Part shown: positions 27,104 through 36,373 of the stretch, one piece after another
Position numbering within the stretch: the first letter of the stretch is position 1
Layout: each line of letters begins with the position of its first letter
NCBI GenBank assembly: GCA_963663385.2
Contig: CAXXXD010000002.1
Coordinates: 1 to 64,000, forward strand
Source: Oceanispirochaeta sp.
GTDB taxonomy: Bacteria > Spirochaetota > Spirochaetia > DSM-2461
Length of the DNA stretch: 64,000 bases
Direction of reading: 5' to 3'
Notes under the pieces: model-generated
Databases searched by the model: none
The model's input: only the letters and a program-made list of their open reading frames with translations
What the model was told of the DNA's origin: nothing
Position numbers and translations under genes: made by a program

Positions 27104-28442
27104 TTTTGCCCATCAGTTTTACAAGTTTGTTTTTTGGTAACAGATCAATCAGACGGGCTTCAACGAATTTTTCCGCTTCTTCAGAAAAGGTTCCGGCACT
27201 GAGGCAGAATCCCCGTCCCGCATGAACCTCCTTGATGTGAGCATAGAGCTCCCTTACTGAAAAATCCCCGATATTCCCTTCTTCCCTGTAGAAACGGAAC
27301 AGGATCAGGTCCTCCCACTTTCTGGCTTTAACTTCTGCCAGGATATCAATATATTCATTTTTATTTACCGAAATATCCAGAACTTTAATCCTTGTGCTGG
27401 GAAAGAGGGCTACGGTAAGGCGACGGCAGAGGGCTATAAATTCATTAATGGGAGCCATCAGGTAGGTCTGGAGGTTCTGGTTGGATGTGAGTTCTTTTAT
27501 CTTCTTTCTCTGAATCTCTACATCTTTGTATTTGGGATTGATACTGTAAATCTCATCCAGCTGGGTAAGGGTCTTGTCCAGCTGGGATGTCAGATTATAG
27601 CAGTCTGCCAGGCGGTATTTCAATTCCAGAAGGATATCACTGTTAATCTGCTTATGCTTTAAACCGATTTCAAAATCCATTATGGCGCTTTCGTACTCTT
27701 TTTTCTGCTTATTGACTGTTCCGCAGTACAGAGCCGACCGGGGACCCCATTCCGGATCCGGTCGAAGGTGGGAGAATATCTTTACGGACTGATCAAGCTG
27801 GCCCATTTCGAAAAGGGATCTGGCCAGGCAGAAAAGGGTCTCCTTGTCGTCAGGGTGGCCGTTGGCTGCATTTCTCAGGTAAGGGGCAGCTTCCTTATAC
27901 CTCCGGAGCTTGAACAGACTGAGACCCGTATAGCGCAGGCTGTCATAATCATTATGTTTCTCTTTCAGCGCAAGAATCAGTAATCCCACGGCTTTTTCAA
28001 AATTCCCTCTTTTATACTCCAGAATCCCCAGGGAGGAATTTATATCAAAATTCCCCTGTTCCTTGGTCCGGGCAATAGCCAGGCTTTTATAGGCCTCCGT
28101 CCATACACCTGCTTTCATAGCGGAAAGACCGAATCTGAGGTTGATAAAGGTTTCGTCAAGGTTTGAGTTTGTTGCGCACAATTCCAGCAGTATCCCATAT
28201 GTTTTCATAGCCTGGGAGTAGTTCTGTTCGGAAAAGTGGAGATCTGCCAGGGCCATCAGAGCCTGGGTATCTTTAGGGTTGCTGGCCAGCCTTTTATTGG
28301 CTTCTTTCAGAATTGTGTTTCTGTCCTGAACGCCTTCGCCGTCAAATTTCTTTTTATTGCGGGAAACCAGAGTCGATGAGATAATGACTACAGCTATTGT
28401 AATAATAGCCAGTGGAATTAGCAGAGGCAGATAGTTTACCAT
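27066..28442 (-). CDS. Membrane-anchored TPR protein with C-terminal Mrr-like restriction-endonuclease fold
   Basis: N-terminal TM helix; multiple TPRs; C-terminal ...IDILA...GDFSVRELY...AGRGFCLSAGTFSEEA.KF...IDLL. Start placed at MVNYLPL. Confidence 0.75.
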   Translation of the reverse strand: MVNYLPLLIPLAIITIAVVIISSTLVSRNKKKFDGEGVQDRNTILKEANKRLASNPKDTQALMALADLHFSEQNYSQAMKTYGILLELCATNSNLDETFINLRFGLSAMKAGVWTEAYKSLAIARTKEQGNFDINSSLGILEYKRGNFEKAVGLLILALKEKHNDYDSLRYTGLSLFKLRRYKEAAPYLRNAANGHPDDKETLFCLARSLFEMGQLDQSVKIFSHLRPDPEWGPRSALYCGTVNKQKKEYESAIMDFEIGLKHKQINSDILLELKYRLADCYNLTSQLDKTLTQLDEIYSINPKYKDVEIQRKKIKELTSNQNLQTYLMAPINEFIALCRRLTVALFPSTRIKVLDISVNKNEYIDILAEVKARKWEDLILFRFYREEGNIGDFSVRELYAHIKEVHAGRGFCLSAGTFSEEAEKFVEARLIDLLPKNKLVKLMGKIKTSQQSLPSSM

Positions 28443-28567
28443 ATAAATAGGATTATGTTCTTTCTCAGATTGCTTTGTCAAGAAAAAGGACTCCCCTCCG
28501 CGGTCGGATGTTTTTTTTTGACGAATTGTGCTATTTTGAACACTTGAATAGGAAAAGGAGAATAATT

Positions 28568-29365
28568 ATGAGCCACAGGTCCAAGGATGATCAGATATTA
28601 TATCATGTGAAACTCAATAAAAAAATGCTGAACGGAGCGGACACTGCTGTTCTGCCGGGGGATCCCGGCCGGGTGGAGAAAACGGCCCGCATGATAGATC
28701 CGGATGCGGTTTTCCTCGTATCCAATCGGGAGTATACTTCCTGGCTTGCTGAGCTTGGAGGGAAGAAGGTCCTTGTCTGTTCAACCGGAATCGGGGGGCC
28801 TTCCGTTTCAATCTGCGTGGAAGAGCTCGCTGCTTTGGGTGTTAAAAACTATTTCAGGATTGGAACAACCGGAGCTATCCAGAATCGGATCAATCCGGCT
28901 GATCTGGTTATTACAACCGGTTCAGTCCGTCTGGATGGCGCTTCCACCCATTATGCGCCGATGGAGTATCCTGCTGTTGCCGACTTTGATCTGACTGCTC
29001 TCCTCGTGCAGGCTGCCGGGAATTTGGGGATTCCTTTCCATAAAGGAATTACCGCATCCAGTGATACTTTCTACCCGGGGCAGGAACGGTATGATACGTT
29101 TACCGGCTACGTTCCCCGGAAATTTCAGGGAAGTCTGAAGGAATGGCAGAAGCTGAATGTTCTGAATTATGAGATGGAGTCTGCCACTCTGTTGACCCTG
29201 GCTTCTGTTTTCGGGCTGAAAGCAGCTATGGTCGCCTCCGTTATTGCTATCCGGGGAAGCAATGAAACTCCCGACGATTCCATTCTCCCCCTGGCCGAAG
29301 AACGTCTGGCGTCCTGTATCCGGGAAGCCCTCTCTCTTTTACTCACCGGAGAAGGATATAACTGA
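28568..29365 (+). CDS. udp: Uridine phosphorylase
   Basis: LPGDPGRV, STGIGGPS, RIGTTGAIQ, SSDTFYPGQER, NYEMESATL; AGGAG RBS. Confidence 0.95.
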   Translation: MSHRSKDDQILYHVKLNKKMLNGADTAVLPGDPGRVEKTARMIDPDAVFLVSNREYTSWLAELGGKKVLVCSTGIGGPSVSICVEELAALGVKNYFRIGTTGAIQNRINPADLVITTGSVRLDGASTHYAPMEYPAVADFDLTALLVQAAGNLGIPFHKGITASSDTFYPGQERYDTFTGYVPRKFQGSLKEWQKLNVLNYEMESATLLTLASVFGLKAAMVASVIAIRGSNETPDDSILPLAEERLASCIREALSLLLTGEGYN

Positions 29366-29422
29366 AATATATAACAGAATTTACAGATAAATTCAGTTTA
29401 CCTGATTCTCATATTCCGGGTA

Positions 29423-29451
29423 TTGATGAAATAGGGGTAACTCTATATAAT
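29423..29451 (+). promoter_or_regulatory. Sigma70 promoter upstream of fusA
   Basis: TTGATG-N17-TATAAT. Confidence 0.8.
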
Positions 29452-29487
29452 TCCGTTACAATTATTTGCTTTGAACAATCCGGAAGC

Positions 29488-29600
29488 TTGCCGGGATGAC
29501 AGAGACCGGTATAACTGCCTGACTCCTGCGGCCTGAACAAACGGCCGGATCATGTTCGGTCGGAGGCCGGATGTCTTTACCATTCCGTGCACCCCGGCGA
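29488..29600 (+). ncRNA. Candidate structured RNA in the fusA 5' leader
   Basis: TTGCCGGGATG pairs with CACCCCGGCGA; inner GGTA/TACC, CTCC/GGAG and GGCCTGAACA/TGTTCGGTC form a long interrupted rod. Confidence 0.5.
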
Positions 29601-29630
29601 TTTTAATTATTTTGAGAGGTTAATGATAAT

Positions 29631-31730
29631 ATGGCAAAAGATATCACGAAAATGCGTAATATCGGTATCAGCGCCCACATCGACTCTGGTAAAACTACCC
29701 TGACAGAAAGGATCCTGTTCTACTGTCAGAAAATTCATGCTATTCACGAAGTTAGAGGTAAAGATGGGGTCGGAGCTACCATGGACTCCATGGAACTGGA
29801 AAAAGAGAGAGGTATCACCATTGCGTCCGCAGCGACCAATGTTACCTGGAAAGAACACGATATCAACATTATCGATACCCCGGGTCACGTTGACTTTACG
29901 ATCGAAGTAGAGCGAGCTCTCCGCGTTTTGGACGGAGCCGTCCTTGTCCTCTGTTCGGTAGGTGGTGTTCAGTCTCAGTCCATTACAGTAGACCGCCAGC
30001 TGAAAAGATACGGCGTTCCCAGAATCGCGTTTGTAAACAAGAGCGACCGGACAGGAGCCAACCCCTATAAGGTTTGTGATCAGCTCAGGGAAAAACTGGA
30101 CCTGAACTCTGTTATGATGCAGGTTCCCATCGGATTGGAAGACAAGCTGGAAGGTGTTATCGACCTGGTCAGAATGAAAGCCATCTACTTTGACGGAAAC
30201 GACGGAGAACAGATACGGATTGAAGAGATCCCCTCCGAACTTCAGGCAGAAGCCGATGAAAGAAGAGAGATGATGCTTGATTCTGTTTCCATGTTCAGCG
30301 AAGAAATAATGGAAAAAATGATGGAGGAGGAAGAGATCCCCGAGGATCTTCTCCATGACACCATCAGAAAGGCTGTAATCGCCCAGGAACTCGTTCCTGT
30401 ATATCTGGGATCTGCCTACAAGAACAAGGGTGTTCAGGAAATGATGGATGCGGTTATCCGTTACCTGCCTGCTCCTCCCGATGTTGAAAACAGGGCTCTT
30501 GATCTGAAAAATGACGAAGCGGAAGTTGTTCTTCCCTCCGATTCATCCAACCCCCCTGTCGCTCTGGCTTTCAAACTGGAAGACGGCCAGTATGGTCAGC
30601 TGACTTACATCCGTGTTTATCAGGGTGTTATCAAAAAAGGCGCCGAGCTGATTAATGTTCGTAATGGACGGAAATTCAAGGTTGGCCGCCTTGTAAGAAT
30701 GCACTCCAATAATATGGAGGATATTACCGAAGCACCAGCCGGCGACATTGTCGCCCTGTTCGGTATCGACTGTGCATCCGGTGATACCTTCTGTGACTCT
30801 TCCCTGAACCTGTCCATGACCTCCATGTATGTGCCTAATGCGGTAATCTCACTTTCAATCAAACCGATTGACAAGTCTGCTTCCGACAAGATGGCCAAGG
30901 CCCTGAACCGTTTTACCAAGGAAGACCCCACTTTCAGAACCCATGTTGACCCCGAATCCAATGAAACCATTATTTCCGGTATGGGAGAGCTTCACCTGGA
31001 AGTTTATATTGAAAGAATGAAGAGAGAGTACGGTGCCGAAGTGATAACAGGAGCACCTCAGGTAGCATACAGGGAAGCTATCTCCGCTTCCGCCGATTTT
31101 AACTACACCCACAAAAAGCAGACTGGTGGTTCCGGTCAGTATGCCCGCGTTGCCGGTATGATGGAAGTACTGCCTACGGATAACGAGAAAGAGTACGAAT
31201 TTGTCAACCAGATCAAGGGTGGAGCTATTCCTACTGAATATATTCCCTCCTGTGATAAAGGTTTTCAGACAGCCATGCTTAAGGGATCTCTGATCGGAGC
31301 TCCTGTAGTCGGTGTTAAAATGACCATCAGTGACGGTCAGTTCCACCCTGTAGACTCTTCCGACCAGGCTTTCCAGACGGCAGGTATCGGGGCTTTCCGT
31401 GAAGCTTATAAAAAAGCCAAACCCATAATCCTGGAACCTATCATGAAAGTCAGTGTTGAAGGTCCTACGGAATTTCAGGGAAATATTTTTGGTACATTGA
31501 ACCAGAGACGTGGTATGATTGTAGCATCCAACGAAGAAGGAAACTACAGTACTGTTGAAGCTGAAGTACCACTTAGCGAAATGTTCGGTTACTCCACCGT
31601 TCTGCGTTCTTCCACTCAGGGTAAAGCCGAGTTCACCATGGAATTTGCCAAATACGGTAAAGTACCTGCCGGTGTAACCGATGAACTGATCAAGAAGTAC
31701 GAAGAAGAAAAGAAAGCTCAGCAGAAATAG
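29631..31730 (+). CDS. fusA: Elongation factor G (spdEFG1/mitochondrial-EFG1-like type)
   Basis: [56 protein letters not shown]; not flanked by rpsG/tuf. Confidence 0.97.
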   Translation: MAKDITKMRNIGISAHIDSGKTTLTERILFYCQKIHAIHEVRGKDGVGATMDSMELEKERGITIASAATNVTWKEHDINIIDTPGHVDFTIEVERALRVLDGAVLVLCSVGGVQSQSITVDRQLKRYGVPRIAFVNKSDRTGANPYKVCDQLREKLDLNSVMMQVPIGLEDKLEGVIDLVRMKAIYFDGNDGEQIRIEEIPSELQAEADERREMMLDSVSMFSEEIMEKMMEEEEIPEDLLHDTIRKAVIAQELVPVYLGSAYKNKGVQEMMDAVIRYLPAPPDVENRALDLKNDEAEVVLPSDSSNPPVALAFKLEDGQYGQLTYIRVYQGVIKKGAELINVRNGRKFKVGRLVRMHSNNMEDITEAPAGDIVALFGIDCASGDTFCDSSLNLSMTSMYVPNAVISLSIKPIDKSASDKMAKALNRFTKEDPTFRTHVDPESNETIISGMGELHLEVYIERMKREYGAEVITGAPQVAYREAISASADFNYTHKKQTGGSGQYARVAGMMEVLPTDNEKEYEFVNQIKGGAIPTEYIPSCDKGFQTAMLKGSLIGAPVVGVKMTISDGQFHPVDSSDQAFQTAGIGAFREAYKKAKPIILEPIMKVSVEGPTEFQGNIFGTLNQRRGMIVASNEEGNYSTVEAEVPLSEMFGYSTVLRSSTQGKAEFTMEFAKYGKVPAGVTDELIKKYEEEKKAQQK

Positions 31731-31745
31731 GAAGGAGTAATAAAG

Positions 31746-32450
31746 ATGGTAAAAACTGAACTGACGAAAAAAAGCCCTCTGAGAAGCCTTGAAAAGGCTG
31801 TTGCCGGGGGCGTCGGAAAAGGGAATATTGCCGTTATTGCCTCCAAGCAGGGAATCGGTAAAACAGCTTGTCTGGTACACATTGCCACTGACAAATTGAT
31901 GCGGGACAAGCATGTAATCCATGCTTCTTACGCTAACAAGGTTGATCATATTGTTAACTGGTATGAGGATATCTTTAAAGAAATCTCTAAAAAAAGAGAT
32001 CTTGAAGATGCCATGGACGTTCATGAAGAACTCATCCGCAACCGGGTGATTATGAACTTCAACCAGGATGGTGTTTCTGTAAAGCAGGTGCTGGCCAGCA
32101 TCAAGGCAATGATGGAAAACGGTCAGCGAGGTACAGACGCTGTTATTGTAGACGGATACGATTTTACTAAAGGAACTGCCGAGGACATTAAACAGTTCAA
32201 GGCATTTGCTGTGGAATCTGATATAGAGTTGTGGTTCAGCGACACCTACACTGAGGGTGAGGTTAACGTGGATGACAGGGGTGTCCCCAAAAACCTGATT
32301 AAAGATCTTGATGATATTGCCGTAGTGGTAACTCTCAGGGCTGAGCAGGGCTTTATGATTCTGAAACTGGTGAAGGAACATGACAAAATCGTGTCAGAGG
32401 ATCTGTCTTTAAAGCTGGATCCCAAAACTTTACTTATAGCTGAAATGTGA
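31746..32450 (+). CDS. RecA/KaiC/DnaB-like P-loop NTPase-fold protein
   Basis: GGVGKGNIAVIASKQGIGKT (Walker A), DAVIVDGYD (Walker B); AAGGAG RBS. Confidence 0.8.
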   Translation: MVKTELTKKSPLRSLEKAVAGGVGKGNIAVIASKQGIGKTACLVHIATDKLMRDKHVIHASYANKVDHIVNWYEDIFKEISKKRDLEDAMDVHEELIRNRVIMNFNQDGVSVKQVLASIKAMMENGQRGTDAVIVDGYDFTKGTAEDIKQFKAFAVESDIELWFSDTYTEGEVNVDDRGVPKNLIKDLDDIAVVVTLRAEQGFMILKLVKEHDKIVSEDLSLKLDPKTLLIAEM

Positions 32451-32471
32451 TTCATCGATAATTAGCCAGTT

Positions 32472-32502
32472 AGGACTGCTTCTTCGGAGGCAGTCCTTTT
32501 TT
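32472..32502 (+). terminator. Intrinsic terminator of the fusA operon
   Basis: AGGACTGCTTC-TTCG-GAGGCAGTCCT-TTTTT. Confidence 0.9.
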
Positions 32503-32546
32503 AAATTTATCCTATGTGGTAATATTCACGGGGGATCAGATAACGG

Positions 32547-33047
32547 GTGAGAAAGGATAGCTACTATACACTGGAATTTCAGTTCGATAAAAGTTCTGAA
32601 GGATTGGATCATCTCTTTCCATCCATTGAACTGTTAATACGTTCTCTCGAAAACATTGATCGTTTTCTGGTTGCCGCGGTTGGCTACGATTTAAACTATA
32701 AGCGTTATCTTAAAAATATCGGAGAAGATTCCTTTACCTTTTCCATTCGTGTCAGGCTTTTTCAACCGGTTCAGATTGCTCTCGGCCAGAATTTCCCCTT
32801 TGATGATGTCCGGTTATGGATGGAAAAGGGACGGCAGCTTTTTGTTGATCGTGCCAATAAAGAAGATCCGGATCCCGTTGATGACAAGGAGCTGGGACAA
32901 GCCCTGGAAGGGCTGATTCACAGGTATAATCTGGACAATACCATCCTTTACAGCAGCCCCAGCGGTACTGATCTGAAGGCATTATCCGATGATTTGAATA
33001 ATGCTGTATCTTTTCTGGGCGGGAAGGCCCTGGTTAACCAGCGTTAA
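32547..33047 (+). CDS. Hypothetical protein
   Basis: 166-aa ORF, GTG start, globular composition. Confidence 0.65.
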   Translation: MRKDSYYTLEFQFDKSSEGLDHLFPSIELLIRSLENIDRFLVAAVGYDLNYKRYLKNIGEDSFTFSIRVRLFQPVQIALGQNFPFDDVRLWMEKGRQLFVDRANKEDPDPVDDKELGQALEGLIHRYNLDNTILYSSPSGTDLKALSDDLNNAVSFLGGKALVNQR

Positions 33048-33210
33048 TTGTTGAAGAGATTCCCTGGAAGGCGGATTTTATCCTGTCATTCTTGAGGCTC
33101 AGTTCTCTTAAAGATCCTTTAATCCGGTTTGTGGAGGATGCGCTTCGTAATTCCTTCAACTCTTTTTCTATCTGCTCGATTTCCTGTCTGATTCTTTCAT
33201 ATCGGTTCAT
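33034..33210 (-). CDS. Small basic coiled-coil protein (58 aa, not in ORF track)
   Basis: MNRYERIRQEIEQIEKELKELRSASSTNRIKGSLRELSLKNDRIKSAFQGISSTINAG*; AGGAG 11 nt upstream; heptad pattern. Confidence 0.55.
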   Translation of the reverse strand: MNRYERIRQEIEQIEKELKELRSASSTNRIKGSLRELSLKNDRIKSAFQGISSTINAG

Positions 33211-33329
33211 ATCGTGGATACTCCTAATATGAATATCGGAGAATGAAAAATATTATTGAGGATTCTCTGGAATTTCATTCCTTTTCTGATTATTATAATT
33301 CTCATAAACCCTGAAAGAGGAGGCGTACC

Positions 33330-33524
33330 ATGTCGATTCTTGATGATGATGATTTTGATGAAAATACTATGTCCCTTGATGATCTTGAACCAGAAGAAGA
33401 TGATGATGCTGATGATGATTCGGATTGGGGTGATGAACTGGATGATATGGATTCTGAATCCTGGGATAAACATTACGGTGATACTGAGGAAGAACTGGAA
33501 GGTGATCCCTGGGATCTGAATTAA
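33330..33524 (+). CDS. Hyper-acidic 64-aa peptide
   Basis: GAGGAGG RBS; 32 of 64 residues are D/E; TAATG stop/start overlap with the next gene. Confidence 0.7.
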   Translation: MSILDDDDFDENTMSLDDLEPEEDDDADDDSDWGDELDDMDSESWDKHYGDTEEELEGDPWDLN

Positions 33525-34318
33525 TGCCGGAAGCCGCAAGGGTTTTCCAGTCAATATTAAATAACGGCCCTTATGATAAGATCGATTCCCTTCTAACTTT
33601 ACTTAGCCTTGAACAAGGAGAAATCTTCTCGCTGATTTTAAGTCAGACTCTCTTGATGAGGGATGGTACCGTTCGGATACCTTCTTTTTTCCGGGACACC
33701 AGGGGAGAGCTCTCTTCCTATTCGGAATATGCTTTCTGGAAGACCATTTCGCTGATTAGGGAAAAGCCTCTCTGGCTTTATGGGGTTGAGCATCTGAGTT
33801 TTACCCGTTCTCCTTCAGAGGAGGAATTCCGCCTGCCCGGGAATCTGCAGTATTGTACCGCCTTGAGAAGCCTCAGTTTTGAAAACTGCGGTCTTAAGTC
33901 TTTTCCTGAGGAGATTCTGGATCTGCGTAAACTCCGGAATCTTGATCTCAGTTCGAATCATATAAAATCCATTCCCCCGGGGATAGGCAAATTCCAGCAA
34001 TTGGTGTACTTTAATGCTGCGGATAATGAGCTGAAGGAGCTCCCCGAACAGCTGGGACACTTGAGGAAATTGAAGGTTTTGGATCTGTCAGGAAACTGTC
34101 TGTCCTCCATCGGATTCTCTCTGAGCAGCTTCCACCGGTTGAACTCTCTGGACCTTTCCGGCAACAGGCTTGAGGCTGTACCGGAGGGATTGCAGAATCT
34201 GAATCAGCTTGAAAAGGTAGATTTATCATTCAATGAACTATCAGCTGAAGAAGAAGCCGCCTGGGAATCGGGTTATTATTCCATGATAAAAAACTATCAG
34301 TGGCCTCTTTCATTCTGA
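33524..34318 (+). CDS. Leucine-rich-repeat protein
   Basis: About six 23-aa LxxLxLxxNxL repeats (LRNLDLSSNHI, LKVLDLSGNCL, LNSLDLSGNRL, LEKVDLSFNEL). Confidence 0.9.
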   Translation: MPEAARVFQSILNNGPYDKIDSLLTLLSLEQGEIFSLILSQTLLMRDGTVRIPSFFRDTRGELSSYSEYAFWKTISLIREKPLWLYGVEHLSFTRSPSEEEFRLPGNLQYCTALRSLSFENCGLKSFPEEILDLRKLRNLDLSSNHIKSIPPGIGKFQQLVYFNAADNELKELPEQLGHLRKLKVLDLSGNCLSSIGFSLSSFHRLNSLDLSGNRLEAVPEGLQNLNQLEKVDLSFNELSAEEEAAWESGYYSMIKNYQWPLSF

Positions 34319-34329
34319 GGCTCTGATAC

Positions 34330-35142
34330 TTGATTCTGGAGCTGAAGAATATGGTGGATCTCTCTTTTTTTGAATACTATGAAACCCCGGTTGATGCGAA
34401 ACTCTCGCCTAGAAGGTTCTTCCTGGGAAAACGACTCTCTCTCTATCTTGATGGGGCCGGGATTGTTCTCCGCAGCAGAAAACTCTCTTTAAAAAATCAA
34501 TTCTCCGATCGTTCCTTTTTTGACGCTTCTGACAATATGAGAGAAATAATGGAAAGGCACGGCGGTAAATTCAATGTTACCGGTTTAAAGAATCTGCAGA
34601 CCCAGGGCCCCTTTGTTGTTGTGGCAAATCATATGGGAATTGCGGAAACCCAGCTTATGCCCTGGATCATAGGCAGCTTTACGCCCGTCTCCATGGTCAT
34701 GAAGGATAGTTTGTATAACTCCTGGCTTTACGGGCCTATTGCAGAGGCAACCAAGAGTATCGGGTTATCCCGTCAGAATCTCAGAGCTGATATTGACACC
34801 ATCATGACAGACGGGGGAACGCTGCTTTCAAAGGGCCGCTCCATCGTTCTCTTTCCCGAAGGGACCAGGAAGGAAGTCTTCAACCGGAAGGAGTTCAACT
34901 CCCTGGGAGTCAAACTTGCTGCCAGGGCGGGTGTTAAAGTTGTCCCTGTTGCACTTAGGACAGACTTTCTGGAAGCCGGCAGATTGAGCTCCTACCTTTG
35001 CACCATACACCCCGAGAGGACAATAAATATTGCCATAGGCGAACCTCTCCCGGTTGAGGGAAGGGGAAAGAAAGAGCATGAGGCCTGTCTGGATTTTATT
35101 GAGAAAAATCTGAGAGACTGGGGTGTTCCCATACAGGAATAG
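34330..35142 (+). CDS. Lysophospholipid acyltransferase (PlsC-like)
   Basis: VVVANHMGIAE (HX4E variant), IVLFPEGTR, VVPVAL. Start may be 34351. Confidence 0.88.
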   Translation: MILELKNMVDLSFFEYYETPVDAKLSPRRFFLGKRLSLYLDGAGIVLRSRKLSLKNQFSDRSFFDASDNMREIMERHGGKFNVTGLKNLQTQGPFVVVANHMGIAETQLMPWIIGSFTPVSMVMKDSLYNSWLYGPIAEATKSIGLSRQNLRADIDTIMTDGGTLLSKGRSIVLFPEGTRKEVFNRKEFNSLGVKLAARAGVKVVPVALRTDFLEAGRLSSYLCTIHPERTINIAIGEPLPVEGRGKKEHEACLDFIEKNLRDWGVPIQE

Positions 35143-35162
35143 AAACACAAAAAGGATTTATC

Positions 35163-35699
35163 ATGATTTACACTTTAAAGGGGAAAACACCCCGAATCCC
35201 GGACGATGTCGGATTTGTAGCGGATTCCGCAGATATTATTGGCGATGTATCCCTCGATAAGGGCAGTAATATCTGGTTCAATGCCGTTTTAAGAGGGGAT
35301 ATGGACGAGATAAAGATCGGAGAGAACACCAATATTCAGGATTGTGCTGTGGTTCATACGGATTTTGGTTTCTCCTGTACTCTGGGTTCCGGAGTTACCG
35401 TAGGGCATGGCGCTGTTATCCATGGTTGTAAAATAGGTAATGACTGTCTTATCGGGATGAATGCGGTAGTACTTAATGGTGCGGAAATCGGAGACAACTG
35501 TCTTGTCGGAGCAAACAGTCTGGTATCCCAGGGAATGAAAATCCCTTCCGGATCTCTGGTTCTGGGTTCTCCTGCCAAAGTGGTGAAAGACCTTAAACCA
35601 TCCATGATTGAAGCAATCCGTAAAAACGGAGCTGCCTATGGGAAAAATAGTGCGGATTATCTGGAAGGACTGAAAGCTGCAGAAGAGCTGTCGGAATAA
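35163..35699 (+). CDS. Gamma carbonic anhydrase family protein
   Basis: IWFNAVLRGD, IGENTNIQD, VTVGHGAVIHGC hexapeptide repeats. Confidence 0.92.
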   Translation: MIYTLKGKTPRIPDDVGFVADSADIIGDVSLDKGSNIWFNAVLRGDMDEIKIGENTNIQDCAVVHTDFGFSCTLGSGVTVGHGAVIHGCKIGNDCLIGMNAVVLNGAEIGDNCLVGANSLVSQGMKIPSGSLVLGSPAKVVKDLKPSMIEAIRKNGAAYGKNSADYLEGLKAAEELSE

Positions 35700-35839
35700 C
35701 CCTTTTTTCTGTTCTGCCTCTCGGCAGCCTGTTGCTTTTCAAAGACTGCCATATCCAGTAACTCCTCCATATTTTCAATCGATTCGCTCAGGAGGAGTTT
35801 TCCGTTGTAAATGTAAAAGTATTCAAACTCATACCGCAT
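35657..35839 (-). CDS. Possible small leaderless protein (60 aa)
   Basis: TATAAT-N6-ATG; MRYEFEYFYIYNGKLLLSESIENMEELLD...; 3' end overlaps the gamma-CA gene. Confidence 0.35.
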   Translation of the reverse strand: MRYEFEYFYIYNGKLLLSESIENMEELLDMAVFEKQQAAERQNRKKGYSDSSSAAFSPSR

Positions 35840-35949
35840 ACTTTTATTATAGTTCTTTTTTAACACTTCTCCCCACAAAACGATCGTTTTTTTTATTAAA
35901 ACAGCATTTCCCCGCTCTCATTTACAAGTGCGGAATCTTCTGAGTTCCT

Positions 35950-36295
35950 GACAGGGTTGTGGATAACTTGTTAAGATTTCGGCCGATTCTTGAATCTGCG
36001 GAGCTTCTGAATGTACAAGCTTGTGGATAACTTGGGGAAATCCTCTTTATTAATGTGGAAAACTGCTGTATTCCTAGTTAGGATATGCCTGAATAGAGGG
36101 CCTTTTTCGCTAAAATCGCCAGGGATTGACTGAAATCTCTTGAAAAATGGCATATTTGCAGAAAATCCCTGTTTATTAACATAAATAATATTGCTTGTGG
36201 ATAACTTGGGGAAAAAAAATTATAAAACAACAAAATTGAGGGCCTATATAAAAAGTAGTTTGTATAAGCCTGTGGAAAACCCGTGAATAAGAATC
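35950..36295. promoter_or_regulatory. DnaA-box cluster (oriC-like or DnaA-titration locus)
   Basis: TGTGGATAA at 35958, 36022, 36196; TGTGGAAAA at 36054, 36271; near-matches TTTGTATAA 36259 and CGTGAATAA 36282; all co-oriented, with AT-rich spacers. Confidence 0.85.
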
Positions 36296-36373
36296 TCAAA
36301 AGAATAATGAATTGCGTCTCTCCCGCATTCATGCTACTTTATAGACACCATAAAAGATTTTCAGGAGATGTTA

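Noticed and set aside
28511..28519. T9 run upstream of udp
   Set aside because: Could not be placed confidently within a promoter spacer, and AT-rich intergenic runs are frequent.
29488..29600. SRP (4.5S) RNA
   Set aside because: Size fits, but the conserved helix-8 motif (CAGG...GGAA...AGCAG) is absent.
29607..32381. 249-aa and 508-aa ORFs antisense to fusA
   Set aside because: Typical antisense open frames of highly expressed genes, with no recognisable domain.
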